Assembly (NCBI GenBank): GCA_051883055.1 | Contig: JBJESZ010000012.1 | Span: 6,844-70,843 of the forward strand | Reading direction: 5' to 3' | Origin: Emergencia sp. | GTDB lineage: Bacteria > Bacillota > Clostridia > Peptostreptococcales > Anaerovoracaceae | Length of the DNA: 64,000 nt | Shown: piece after piece, positions 40,467 through 50,964 of the stretch | How positions within the stretch are numbered: position 1 is the first letter of the stretch | Layout: every line of letters begins with the position of its first letter | Notes under the pieces: model-generated | What the model saw: only the letters and a program-made list of their open reading frames with translations | Told to the model about the DNA's origin: nothing | The model's database searches: none | Made by a program: the position numbers and the translations under genes

Positions 40467-42159
40467 CCTTCATCCCGGACTTGTACTGATTGCAGGTGGA
40501 CTTTTTATGCTGATTCTTCCATATAAGGGAAGAATTGCTGCAGGAATTGCGGCACCGGTTATTGCTCTGTGGAGCACTCTGCAGCTGGATGAACAGTCTG
40601 CACTTTCATATGTGTTCACTGACAGTATCACCTTGGAACTGATAAAAGCAGACAGACTTGGCTTCGTGTTTGCACTGATTTTTTCAATCATTTCCCTTAT
40701 CGCCGGAATCTATTCTCTGAATAAAGAGGCGAGAGGTGAGAAATGTGCAATGCTCGTATATGCAGGAAGCAGCATCTGCGTTGCACTTGCCGGGGATTAT
40801 ACGACCTTAATAGTATTCTGGGAAATTATGGCTCTGTCATCCTGGTTTGTTGTCTGGTCGGGTGGGCGAAGAAGCTCCAGGCTGGCGTCATACAGATATC
40901 TGGTTCTTCATTTCCTTGGAGGAAACATGCTGCTTGCAGGAGTAATTGCACTTTATTGCCAGGGAATAACCCAAGTAGGCGCAGTTACGACTGATATGGG
41001 AGCAGCATTCTGGCTGATCTTAATAGGTGTAGGAGTAAATGCGGCAATTGTTCCCCTGCATACATGGATTCCAGATGCATATCCTGAGGCGGGAATCGAG
41101 GGAACTGTATACCTTGGATCCTTTACTACCAAGGTTGGAATCTATTGTCTGATCAGAATGTTCGCAGGTACAGAGTTCCTTCTTGTATTCGGTGTCATAA
41201 TGGCGCTGTTTGGTGCAGCAATGGCTCTGATTGAAAATGATCTGCGAAGACTTCTTTCCTACCATATTATCAGCCAGCTGGGATACATGGTAGTTGCACT
41301 GGCAGCAGGAGGTGCACTTGGAATAGACGGTGCCTCAGCTCATGCTTTTAATAACATTCTGTATAAGGCAACCCTTCTGATGTGTGCCGGAGCGGTTATC
41401 AGGGCTACAGGAAAGCGTAAGATTACAGAGCTTGGCGGGCTTTACAGGAAGATGCCTGTTACTGCAATATGTTTCCTTATTGCATCCTTTGCAATTTCAG
41501 GTGTGCCGTTCTTTAACGGCTTTGCAAGCAAGGCACTTGTAATGGAGGCACTTACAGAAGGCGGGCATGTCGTCTGCTACTGGCTGATGACCATTGCAAG
41601 TATAGGAACCTGGATGTCAGTGGCACTGAAGATAAACTGGTTTGTTTTCTTTGGCTCCGGTGCAGCAGATGGAGCAGGAGAGAGGATACAGTGCGAAAAG
41701 ACACCTTGGTATATGAATCTTGCCATGATAATCGGAGCGGCATCCTGCATTGTTACCGGTGTTCTGCCGAAGATCCTTTACAGTATTCTGCCTTATGCTT
41801 CAGACGGACATCCTTTTACGATGCACCATATTATGGAGTACGTGGCGCTGTTTATCGGTTCAACCCTTGTATTCTATCTGTTCAGAAAGATAATGGCACC
41901 TCATGATATGATTTCTCTGGACTTCGACTGGATATACAGAAAGCCGCTGGCATGGGCGGTGTTTGGCATATCAGGAGTATTACACAGCCTGTTTTCCTTT
42001 GCAGATCTGCAAGTTATGAGATGCGTTGGAACTGTTAAATCAGTATGCGGACACAAAAGGGCTCCGCATCATCAGGAAGAATATGCTCCTGTCGGCGTGT
42101 TCATGCTTGGGCTTATAACGGTATGTGTGATATGCGCTGTAATGGCAGCAATGAGATAA
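40459..42159 (+). CDS. MrpD/MrpA-type proton-conducting membrane subunit (3 of 3)
   Basis: FWEIMA, PLHTWIPDAYPEA, RRLLSYHIISQLGYM, GVPFFNGFASK; start moved to ATG 40459 (SD GGAGGT). Confidence 0.88.
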   Translation: MINLHPGLVLIAGGLFMLILPYKGRIAAGIAAPVIALWSTLQLDEQSALSYVFTDSITLELIKADRLGFVFALIFSIISLIAGIYSLNKEARGEKCAMLVYAGSSICVALAGDYTTLIVFWEIMALSSWFVVWSGGRRSSRLASYRYLVLHFLGGNMLLAGVIALYCQGITQVGAVTTDMGAAFWLILIGVGVNAAIVPLHTWIPDAYPEAGIEGTVYLGSFTTKVGIYCLIRMFAGTEFLLVFGVIMALFGAAMALIENDLRRLLSYHIISQLGYMVVALAAGGALGIDGASAHAFNNILYKATLLMCAGAVIRATGKRKITELGGLYRKMPVTAICFLIASFAISGVPFFNGFASKALVMEALTEGGHVVCYWLMTIASIGTWMSVALKINWFVFFGSGAADGAGERIQCEKTPWYMNLAMIIGAASCIVTGVLPKILYSILPYASDGHPFTMHHIMEYVALFIGSTLVFYLFRKIMAPHDMISLDFDWIYRKPLAWAVFGISGVLHSLFSFADLQVMRCVGTVKSVCGHKRAPHHQEEYAPVGVFMLGLITVCVICAVMAAMR

Positions 42160-42170
42160 TATCATAGATA

Positions 42171-42213
42171 AACATAAGAGGACTTTGGCCAGCATCCGAA
42201 GTCCTCTTATGTT
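42171..42213. terminator. Bidirectional terminator between the mrp operon and the radical SAM gene
   Basis: aacataagaggactt...aagtcctcttatgtt, 15-bp perfect inverted repeat. Confidence 0.75.
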
Positions 42214-42241
42214 GAGTAAAAAATTAATTGTATTATTAAAG

Positions 42242-43249
42242 TTAATTTCTGATAATTGTATAACCGGCATTCTGAAATGTTTCGACAGCATCTGATGCAG
42301 TAAACTTTCTCCACTCGCCATCAACAGGCTTTCCATCACGGGGAACGGCACCGGTCTCAATAACTGTTACGTTTGCACCGCTGTTAAGTGCAAGTTCAGA
42401 TGCAGGATGAACGCAGATGTCAGGAATCAGATTTCCACACGCAAGTCTTATGACTGCAATAATCTGCGAAATTCTTTCATCTGAAAGAACAGGGTATGCA
42501 TCTCCCAGCGGAGTACCCGGAACCGGGATTCTGGCCATGGAACCACTGATTGCGGCACCATGTCCTGCGATGTTGTAAAGATTGTCTGCGATTTCCTCAT
42601 TGGTGTGTTCCACACCTACAGGTTCGACCAGAGAAATCAGCTTAAGAGGAGAGTTATGTACCGCCTCCATAGTTGCATTTCTAACGTCCGGATTAAAGCC
42701 TGTATCAATTCCTTCGCGAAGCCTTACCGCATGGTAGATTCCGTCTACACCGGCCTGACTCATTTTCAAAGCCTCTTCACTACCGAATTCACCGATGTTC
42801 AGAATAAGCTCATAATCTCCGCTGATGTGAGTTTTGATATACTCAACCTTGCGGCAAAGGTCATCGATGCTGTAAAACTCCGTAGTTCTCATGACAATGT
42901 AGTGAACCCCTGAATCAATGTAGGCCTGCATCTGGGAGAGGATCTCATCCATGGAGTAGATTCTGCTTTCCGTTATTATATTCCACTCCTCACCAAAGGA
43001 GCAGAACCGGCAGTTCATGGAACATGGAACAAAATCGATTCCCATGGCGCCCCACAGATAAGCTTTTCCTCCTGTCACCTTTAGAGCAGCCTCCTTAGCC
43101 TTTTCTCTAAGGTACGCCGCTTCGACGGATTCTGGGTTCAGACTCAGAAGGGTGATGATATCTTCTCTTGGCATCAGTTTGCCGCTGTCAGGATTTCTGA
43201 CTGACTCATCTATTATTTCTTTTACGTTTTTGCTTATTTTTTCTGTCAT
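42242..43249 (-). CDS. Radical SAM protein, BioB/HydE/PylB-like fold, function unknown
   Basis: CSMNCRFCSF (CxxxCxxC), IPVPGTP, GANV near the C-terminus. Confidence 0.85.
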   Translation of the reverse strand: MTEKISKNVKEIIDESVRNPDSGKLMPREDIITLLSLNPESVEAAYLREKAKEAALKVTGGKAYLWGAMGIDFVPCSMNCRFCSFGEEWNIITESRIYSMDEILSQMQAYIDSGVHYIVMRTTEFYSIDDLCRKVEYIKTHISGDYELILNIGEFGSEEALKMSQAGVDGIYHAVRLREGIDTGFNPDVRNATMEAVHNSPLKLISLVEPVGVEHTNEEIADNLYNIAGHGAAISGSMARIPVPGTPLGDAYPVLSDERISQIIAVIRLACGNLIPDICVHPASELALNSGANVTVIETGAVPRDGKPVDGEWRKFTASDAVETFQNAGYTIIRN

Positions 43250-43288
43250 TTCTTACATCTTCTTTTCGAATATATTTTTTTTTTACTG

Positions 43289-43732
43289 TTAGAGCAACTC
43301 GTCCATGATTTCGCAGGCACCTGCAACAAGCTTAGGGCAAAGAGTCATTAAAAGTCCTTCTTCCATAGCCTTGTTCATCTCTTCAGGAATGGAAAGGTCA
43401 TAACCGAGAAGTTCCTTGCACTTAAGAGTGCCGAACTTTTTGATAAAAGCTGCTTCGAACTCGCCTTTTTTTGCAAGAAGAGCATTCTTGCTTTCTGTAT
43501 CTCCCGGTTCACAGTTGCCGTATTTCAGACCCAGGCTCATCAAAGCTCCAACAACTGCACCACAGGTTTCTCCATGCCACATGCCGCCTCCGAAGGCAGC
43601 CATAGCCTTAACTGCTGTGGACTCATCAATTCCAACCTTATCTGCACAGTGTCCTGCAACAGCCATTGAACAGTCAATGCCGCATCCGAATCCTTCTCTT
43701 GCCATATCTTCTGTCATATTCTTATAATCCAT
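43289..43732 (-). CDS. C_GCAxxG_C_C family putative redox protein
   Basis: DCSMAV...AFGGGM..GETCGAVVGA...LKCKEL...LCPKLV. Confidence 0.88.
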   Translation of the reverse strand: MDYKNMTEDMAREGFGCGIDCSMAVAGHCADKVGIDESTAVKAMAAFGGGMWHGETCGAVVGALMSLGLKYGNCEPGDTESKNALLAKKGEFEAAFIKKFGTLKCKELLGYDLSIPEEMNKAMEEGLLMTLCPKLVAGACEIMDELL

Positions 43733-43833
43733 CTTTTTTCTCCTTTTATTGTATATCTATAGAGCGTATCTTCTATATGATTAAGTCTAATATATGTCCA
43801 TGTCATCTTTCTTGGAAAATTTATGGAATTTAT

Positions 43834-43875
43834 AAAAAAAAAATAGTCCTGAACCATTTTTATGTGATTCAGGAC
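43834..43875 (-). terminator. Terminator after the NCS2 permease
   Basis: gtcctgaa...ttcaggac stem followed on the minus strand by a long T run. Confidence 0.65.
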
Positions 43876-43895
43876 AGGTTTACAGATGTTAGATT

Positions 43896-45209
43896 TTAAT
43901 CCTCTTTTTCTTTAGGAAGAATCAGGTTTGCCACTACTGCAACGATGAAAACAACAGCTACGCAGTTTTCCGCAAACACCGTGTATATTACAGGAGGGAA
44001 AATGCTGAATATTTCAGGAACCTGAGTGAAACCGATTCCGATACCGAGTGACAGTGCTGCTATAGTTATATTTCTCTGCTGGAAGCCGCAGGCCGCAAGC
44101 ATCTTTATTCCGCTGACAACGATGCTTCCGAACATCATAATCGTACAGCCTCCCAGAACCGCATCGGGCAGGGTAGCGAGCACCGCACCGAAAACAGGGA
44201 AGATACCTGCGAAAATCATGATAACAGCACCTGTAGCAATAACCATACGATTGACAACTCTTGTCATGGCAATAAGACCTACGTTCTGGCTGAAGGATGT
44301 AATAGGAAGACATCCCAGCAGGCCGGATAACACGCTAACATAACCGTCACAAGCAATAGAGCCCTCAGTTTCAGCAACTGTAACCTGACGATTCAGACCG
44401 GAAACAGCCATTGCTGATGTGTCACCGATTGTTTCTGTTGCGGAAACAAGGAAAATAAGCGTCATGGAAACTATTGCACTGAGATGGAATTCCGGCTTAA
44501 ACGGCAGGATGCTTGGAAGACTGATTATTGATGTGTCCTGAATTGTTGAAAAATCAACAACTCCCATGCAAATTGCAGCTATGTATCCAACAATCAGTCC
44601 GAAAAGAACGGACAGCTGTTTCCAGTAGGATTTAGCAAATATATCAAATATCAGGCAGCTTGCCAGAGTAATAGTACCCAGTATCCAGTTCTGTGCAGAT
44701 CCGAAGGTTTCACTTCCGGTTCCGCCTCCAAAGGATGATGCCCCTACAGAAAGAAGAGAAAAGCCAATGGCGGTTACCACACTGGCAGAAACGACAGGAG
44801 TGATAATCCTTGTCCAGTATTTTGCAAAAAGGCCGATTGTACCTTCAATCAGACCGCCTACTATAACTGCACCGATAACCGCATTGTAACCATACTGGCT
44901 TCCGATGACACATGCAACGGAAACGAAGGTAAAGCTTATTCCCATTACGATGGGAAGGCCGGAGCCTATTTTCCAGATTGGGAAAAGCTGAATAAGTGTA
45001 CCTATGCCGGCAATAATCATAGTGGTCTGTATAAGTGAGGCGGTCTGTCCGCTGCCTAATCCGCACGCTCCGGCTACTATGATAAGAGGTGCGATGTTCG
45101 CAACGAACATTGCCAGAATGTGCTGAAGTCCGAAGGGAACCGCTCTGGCAATAGGAACTCTGCCGTTAAGATTGTAAATATTTGAGATGTCGCTGTTTGA
45201 GCTGTTCAT
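43896..45209 (-). CDS. NCS2 nucleobase:cation symporter (uracil/xanthine family)
   Basis: GLQHILAMF, ETIGD, SFSQNVGLI, VLGG; lies downstream of upp. Confidence 0.93.
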   Translation of the reverse strand: MNSSNSDISNIYNLNGRVPIARAVPFGLQHILAMFVANIAPLIIVAGACGLGSGQTASLIQTTMIIAGIGTLIQLFPIWKIGSGLPIVMGISFTFVSVACVIGSQYGYNAVIGAVIVGGLIEGTIGLFAKYWTRIITPVVSASVVTAIGFSLLSVGASSFGGGTGSETFGSAQNWILGTITLASCLIFDIFAKSYWKQLSVLFGLIVGYIAAICMGVVDFSTIQDTSIISLPSILPFKPEFHLSAIVSMTLIFLVSATETIGDTSAMAVSGLNRQVTVAETEGSIACDGYVSVLSGLLGCLPITSFSQNVGLIAMTRVVNRMVIATGAVIMIFAGIFPVFGAVLATLPDAVLGGCTIMMFGSIVVSGIKMLAACGFQQRNITIAALSLGIGIGFTQVPEIFSIFPPVIYTVFAENCVAVVFIVAVVANLILPKEKED

Positions 45210-45254
45210 AATATTATCCTTTCAAAATGATTAAAATTACTGAGACTTATATAA

Positions 45255-45899
45255 TTACTTTGTGCCGAATATTCGATCTCCCGCATCTCCCAGACCCGGG
45301 CAGATATATGCATCATCGTTAAGCTCGCGATCAAGATGACCCACATAAATCTGAATATCAGGATGAGCATTGTGAAGCCTTTCAAGCCCTTCAGGTGCCG
45401 CAATTATACACATGAACTTGATGCTTTTTCCACCATATTTCTTTATCTGGCTTACTGCGTCCACTGCAGAGCCTCCGGTTGCAAGCATAGGGTCAGTAAC
45501 CACTATCGTACGCTCCTCTGCAGGTGAAGGAAGCTTGCAGTAATATTCCACCGGTTCGTGGGTCTCTTCGTCACGATACATTCCGATATGTCCGACCTTT
45601 GCTGTCGGTACAAGATTTAATACGCCGTCAACCATGCCGAGTCCTGCACGCAGAATAGGCACAACAGCAAGCTTGCGGCCGGCAATCATAGGTGTTCTGC
45701 ATTTTTCTATCGGCGTCTCAACCTCGACGTCCTCGAGAGGCAGGTCGCTCAGTGCAGCAAAACCCTCAAGCATGGCAATTTCTTCAACAAGCTTTCTGAA
45801 TTCATAGGTTCCGGTGTTCTTGTCTCTCAGCAGAGAAATCTTGTGCTGAATAAGAGGGTGGTCAAAAATAGTAATATTCTGTTCATTAAAAAAATCCAT
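45255..45899 (-). CDS. upp: Uracil phosphoribosyltransferase
   Basis: [40 protein letters not shown]; start moved to ATG 45899. Confidence 0.98.
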   Translation of the reverse strand: MDFFNEQNITIFDHPLIQHKISLLRDKNTGTYEFRKLVEEIAMLEGFAALSDLPLEDVEVETPIEKCRTPMIAGRKLAVVPILRAGLGMVDGVLNLVPTAKVGHIGMYRDEETHEPVEYYCKLPSPAEERTIVVTDPMLATGGSAVDAVSQIKKYGGKSIKFMCIIAAPEGLERLHNAHPDIQIYVGHLDRELNDDAYICPGLGDAGDRIFGTK

Positions 45900-46057
45900 G
45901 AGAAATCTCCTTTTTCGCAGTATATGTACCATTGTAAATGTTTTTATTGAATTTGTCACTTTGTTTATCATTTTTTGCACTCTTGAATTTAGTATTAGGC
46001 TGAAGTATCATATATAATACGGGTGTGTGTAATGATTTTCATTGTTACACTCCAAGC

Positions 46058-46108
46058 CAAGCAGTTCGGGTCCGATATCCTGCTTGTAAAACATTAAAAC
46101 CAAAGGAG
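46058..46108 (+). ncRNA. preQ1 riboswitch candidate (class I-like, translational)
   Basis: Stem CAAGCAG/CTGCTTG closes the loop TTCGGGTCCGATATC (starts UUCG, ends AUC, as in type I preQ1-I); an A-rich tail TAAAACATTAAAACC runs into SD AAAGGAG; directly upstream of a YhhQ/VUT transporter. Confidence 0.68.
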
Positions 46109-46116
46109 AAAGAAAA

Positions 46117-46845
46117 ATGAATTATCTGAAAAGAGAGTTAGAGGATTTAAAAATCCTGCTCAGGAATGTACCGAGCCTGGTGGTGTCGCTGTTTTTTATC
46201 AGTGTAATTGTAATGAACCTGCTGGCAAACAAGGAGCTGTTTTCGGCTAAGTATCTTGCACTGGATTGTGGCTTTACCGTAAGCTGGATCTCATTCCTGT
46301 GCATGGACATGATCTGCAAGCATTTTGGTCCTAAGGCAGCAGCGAAGATCTCAATTATGGCGCTTCTGATCAACCTTGGTGTCTGCCTGTTGTTTAAGCT
46401 TATGAGCCTGACACCGGGAATGTGGGGAGAATTCTACGCATTCGGTTCTGATGATGTCAACCAGGCACTCAATAATACAATAGGCGGAAGCTGGTATGTG
46501 GTTTTTGGCAGCAGTCTGGCAATGCTTGTGTCTGCAATATGCAATTCTGTGATAAATCACACAATTGCTAAGAGACTGAAAACTGATGATTACAAGGCAT
46601 TTGCCATCCGCTCATTCACGTCAACAGGAATAGCTCAGTTCGTTGACAATCTTGTATTTGCAACTGTTGTATCCCATGTATTCTTTGGGTGGACATGGGT
46701 TCAGGTTCTGACATGCTCACTGACAGGTGCAGCAATGGAGCTTTTGGGAGAGGTGATTCTGAGTCCTGTCGGATACAGAGCCAGCCACAACTGGAAAAGG
46801 GACGGTGTGGGCAAGGAGTACCTTAAATATATAGGAGAAAAATAA
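46117..46845 (+). CDS. VUT/YhhQ-family queuosine-precursor transporter
   Basis: NLLANK, DCGFTVSW.SFLCMDMICKHFG, R...STGIAQFVDNLVF, about 6 TM helices; preQ1-like leader. Confidence 0.82.
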   Translation: MNYLKRELEDLKILLRNVPSLVVSLFFISVIVMNLLANKELFSAKYLALDCGFTVSWISFLCMDMICKHFGPKAAAKISIMALLINLGVCLLFKLMSLTPGMWGEFYAFGSDDVNQALNNTIGGSWYVVFGSSLAMLVSAICNSVINHTIAKRLKTDDYKAFAIRSFTSTGIAQFVDNLVFATVVSHVFFGWTWVQVLTCSLTGAAMELLGEVILSPVGYRASHNWKRDGVGKEYLKYIGEK

Positions 46846-46846
46846 A

Positions 46847-47512
46847 ATGAATATATTGATTACAGGAACGTCCGCAGGAATCGGGAAAGCGATTGCTGAG
46901 AAGTTTCTGGATAAGAACCATAAAGTATGGGGCTTTGACAAAGATGAGAGCAGCATATGCAGGGAAGGATACACTCATTTTCAACTCGATGTAAGAGATG
47001 AAGCCGCGTATCCTCCTGATTTGAAACCGGAGATTATTATCAACAATGCCGGAGTGCAGGACAGCGGAGAAGATATTGACATCAATCTTAAGGGTGTCAT
47101 AAAAATAACCGAGCACTATGCGTTTCACAATGAAAACATTCGTTCCGTTGTGAATATCGGATCTGCCAGTGCTCACACAGGATCAGAATTTCCTGAATAT
47201 GCCGCCTCCAAGGGCGGGCTGATAGCTTACACGAAAAATGTAGCAAACCGTCTGGCGCCTCAGGCTATATGCAACAGTATAGATCCGGGAGGAGTTTTGA
47301 CAGAACTTAACCGCTGCGTTATGGATGACCCAAAGCTTTGGGAACAGATTATGGAGCTGACCCCTCTTAAAAGATGGGCTTCACCTGAGGAAATCGCAGA
47401 ATGGGTGTATTTTGTTGCAGTAGAAAACCGCTTTATGACGGGACAGAATCTGCTTATTGACGGGGGCGAAGCAGGAAATACTAAATTTATCTGGCCTGAT
47501 ATGCCGGAGTAG
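46847..47512 (+). CDS. Short-chain dehydrogenase/reductase (classical SDR, probably NAD-specific)
   Basis: TGTSAGIG, Asp after beta-2 (GFDKD), NNAG, catalytic Ser and YAASK, TGQNLLIDGG. Confidence 0.92.
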   Translation: MNILITGTSAGIGKAIAEKFLDKNHKVWGFDKDESSICREGYTHFQLDVRDEAAYPPDLKPEIIINNAGVQDSGEDIDINLKGVIKITEHYAFHNENIRSVVNIGSASAHTGSEFPEYAASKGGLIAYTKNVANRLAPQAICNSIDPGGVLTELNRCVMDDPKLWEQIMELTPLKRWASPEEIAEWVYFVAVENRFMTGQNLLIDGGEAGNTKFIWPDMPE

Positions 47513-47542
47513 CTGAAAATAGTTTTGACAAAAAGGAGATAA

Positions 47543-49042
<1,500 letters not shown>

Positions 49043-49066
49043 GGAAATGAACAGGAGAAATCAGAA

Positions 49067-49774
49067 ATGAGTGACAGCATTGTTTTTCAGATAAGAGAAA
49101 GACTCAATGAGCTGCAGGACCTGAAATATAAGGAGTTTCAGTCACGTCTTATACCAACCGTTGATCCGGATACTGTAATTGGTGTAAGAACACCTGAATT
49201 GAGAAAGCTTGCAAAAGAACTGTCGGACATCGAGGGAATAGAGGTATTTACAGGTGATGTTCCGCATAAGTATTACGAAGAAAATATTCTTCATGGGCTG
49301 ATAATTGAAAAGTGCAGAGACTTCGGCAGGCTGGTTCAGCTCCTTGATGAATTCCTTCCGTATGTTGACAACTGGGCAGTATGTGATATCCTGAGTCCCA
49401 AACTTTTCAAAAAGTATCCTGAAGAGGCAATGAATGAGATAAGAAGATGGATTGATGACGATGCACCTTATACTAAACGTTTTGGCATAGAAATGCTTAT
49501 GAGCTTCTATCTGGATGACAACTTTAAAGCTGAGTATCTTGAGCTTGTAAGTGCAATCCGCTCGGATGAGTACTACGTTAACATGATGATTGCCTGGTTT
49601 TTTGCCACAGCGCTGGCAAAGCAATGGGATTCTGCTGTTACATATATTGAAGAGGGCAGGATGGATGACTGGACACATAATAAGACAATACAAAAGGCGG
49701 TTGAAAGCTACAGGATAACTGATGAACAGAAGAGTTATCTGAGAACGTTTAAGAAAAGAGGGTTTCAGAAATGA
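49067..49774 (+). CDS. DNA alkylation repair glycosylase (AlkD family)
   Basis: GVRTPELRK, VDNWAVCD, YYVNMMIAW, HNKTIQKAVESYR. Confidence 0.85.
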   Translation: MSDSIVFQIRERLNELQDLKYKEFQSRLIPTVDPDTVIGVRTPELRKLAKELSDIEGIEVFTGDVPHKYYEENILHGLIIEKCRDFGRLVQLLDEFLPYVDNWAVCDILSPKLFKKYPEEAMNEIRRWIDDDAPYTKRFGIEMLMSFYLDDNFKAEYLELVSAIRSDEYYVNMMIAWFFATALAKQWDSAVTYIEEGRMDDWTHNKTIQKAVESYRITDEQKSYLRTFKKRGFQK

Positions 49775-50547
49775 GTTTATTTGAATCATACGACAGCGAA
49801 GTGAAGGCAGCATTAAATCCGGAAGATGTATACGACAAGGTAGATGGATTTCCTGAAACCGTCATTGTAACATTTAAGAAGGCAATAGTTGACCTTGTTC
49901 TTGAAAATTTTGAATGCGAGCCTGTAGGCACGCTGCTGAGCGGAACAGTACTGAAGATATACAGGTTCACAGTTGACGGTCAGGATATGGCAATCTATCA
50001 GACCACTATGGGTTCTCCCATGACGGCTGCACTTATGGAGGAGGTAATTGCCATGGGTGGAAAAAGGTTCGTATTCTTTGGATCATGTGGAACTCTCGAC
50101 AGAAATATTCCGGCCGGTCATCTTATTATTCCAACAGATGCATATCGTGATGAGGGTACAAGTTATCACTACAGGCCTGTCTCATATGGGGATTTCGTAC
50201 ATATTCCAACAGCTTCTCAGACAGCGGAAGTAATAAGAAGGATGGGACTGAAAGCTATTGAAACAAAGGTATGGACCACAGATGGCCTGTACAGAGAAAC
50301 CAGAAGAAACATGCAAAACAGACTGGAAGCCGGATGCAGGGTTGTAGATATGGAGTGTTCTGCAATTATGACTGTTGCAGAATACAGAGGGATACCTGCG
50401 TGGCAGTTCCTGTATGCAGAAGATAATCTTGACGATATTGTATGGGATCCGAGAACTATGGGGAAGGTTCCTAAGTCAGCAAATGAATTATATCTTAAGG
50501 TGGCATTAGAGATTGCAAAGGAGACTGCATCCAATGAGCAGAAATAA
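49771..50547 (+). CDS. Nucleoside phosphorylase (PNP/UDP family)
   Basis: FFGSCGTL, RDEGTSYHY, WTTDGLYRET, VDMECSA. Confidence 0.88.
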   Translation: MSLFESYDSEVKAALNPEDVYDKVDGFPETVIVTFKKAIVDLVLENFECEPVGTLLSGTVLKIYRFTVDGQDMAIYQTTMGSPMTAALMEEVIAMGGKRFVFFGSCGTLDRNIPAGHLIIPTDAYRDEGTSYHYRPVSYGDFVHIPTASQTAEVIRRMGLKAIETKVWTTDGLYRETRRNMQNRLEAGCRVVDMECSAIMTVAEYRGIPAWQFLYAEDNLDDIVWDPRTMGKVPKSANELYLKVALEIAKETASNEQK

Positions 50548-50944
50548 AAAAAAGTCAGTTGTAATTACCGGGCTTCTTGTGCTGAGCATGATAATCAGCG
50601 GGTGTGGACGTTATGAAAACCTGGAGGAGTATTACAATAAAGGTGAATCAGAGAAAGAACATGTCGATGCAATAGCAAATATTGAGGCAGAAAATATGAC
50701 CATGACCGTTTCGGGAAATGTAATACATTATGATGTGGTGTACGATTCAGCCTTTGAACCTGAGCTCAGGGAGTACGCCTCTCAGCAGATTGAAGCTGAA
50801 CTTGAATCCATGGAGCCTGTCTTTGCCGCAATTGCAAAAACAGTAGAGGACGAAATCAGCATCAAGGGTGTAAAAGTACAGCTTACATACCAGGATCAGT
50901 CAGGATACATCCTTTATGAGGATACGATTTCGTCCGATGAGTAG
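50534..50944 (+). CDS. Acidic lipoprotein of unknown function
   Basis: MSRNKKK, hydrophobic core, then lipobox ISGC. Confidence 0.75.
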   Translation: MSRNKKKSVVITGLLVLSMIISGCGRYENLEEYYNKGESEKEHVDAIANIEAENMTMTVSGNVIHYDVVYDSAFEPELREYASQQIEAELESMEPVFAAIAKTVEDEISIKGVKVQLTYQDQSGYILYEDTISSDE

Positions 50945-50964
50945 ATTATTTAATTGGTTTTTTA

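Noticed and set aside
42242-43249. Calling the radical SAM bioB, hydE or pylB
   Set aside because: Family-specific motifs and the partner genes are absent.
46021-46112. preQ1-II riboswitch, suggested by the 3' end CCAAAGGAGAA
   Set aside because: There is no pyrimidine-rich anti-SD loop or P4 hairpin in the class II arrangement; class I fits better.
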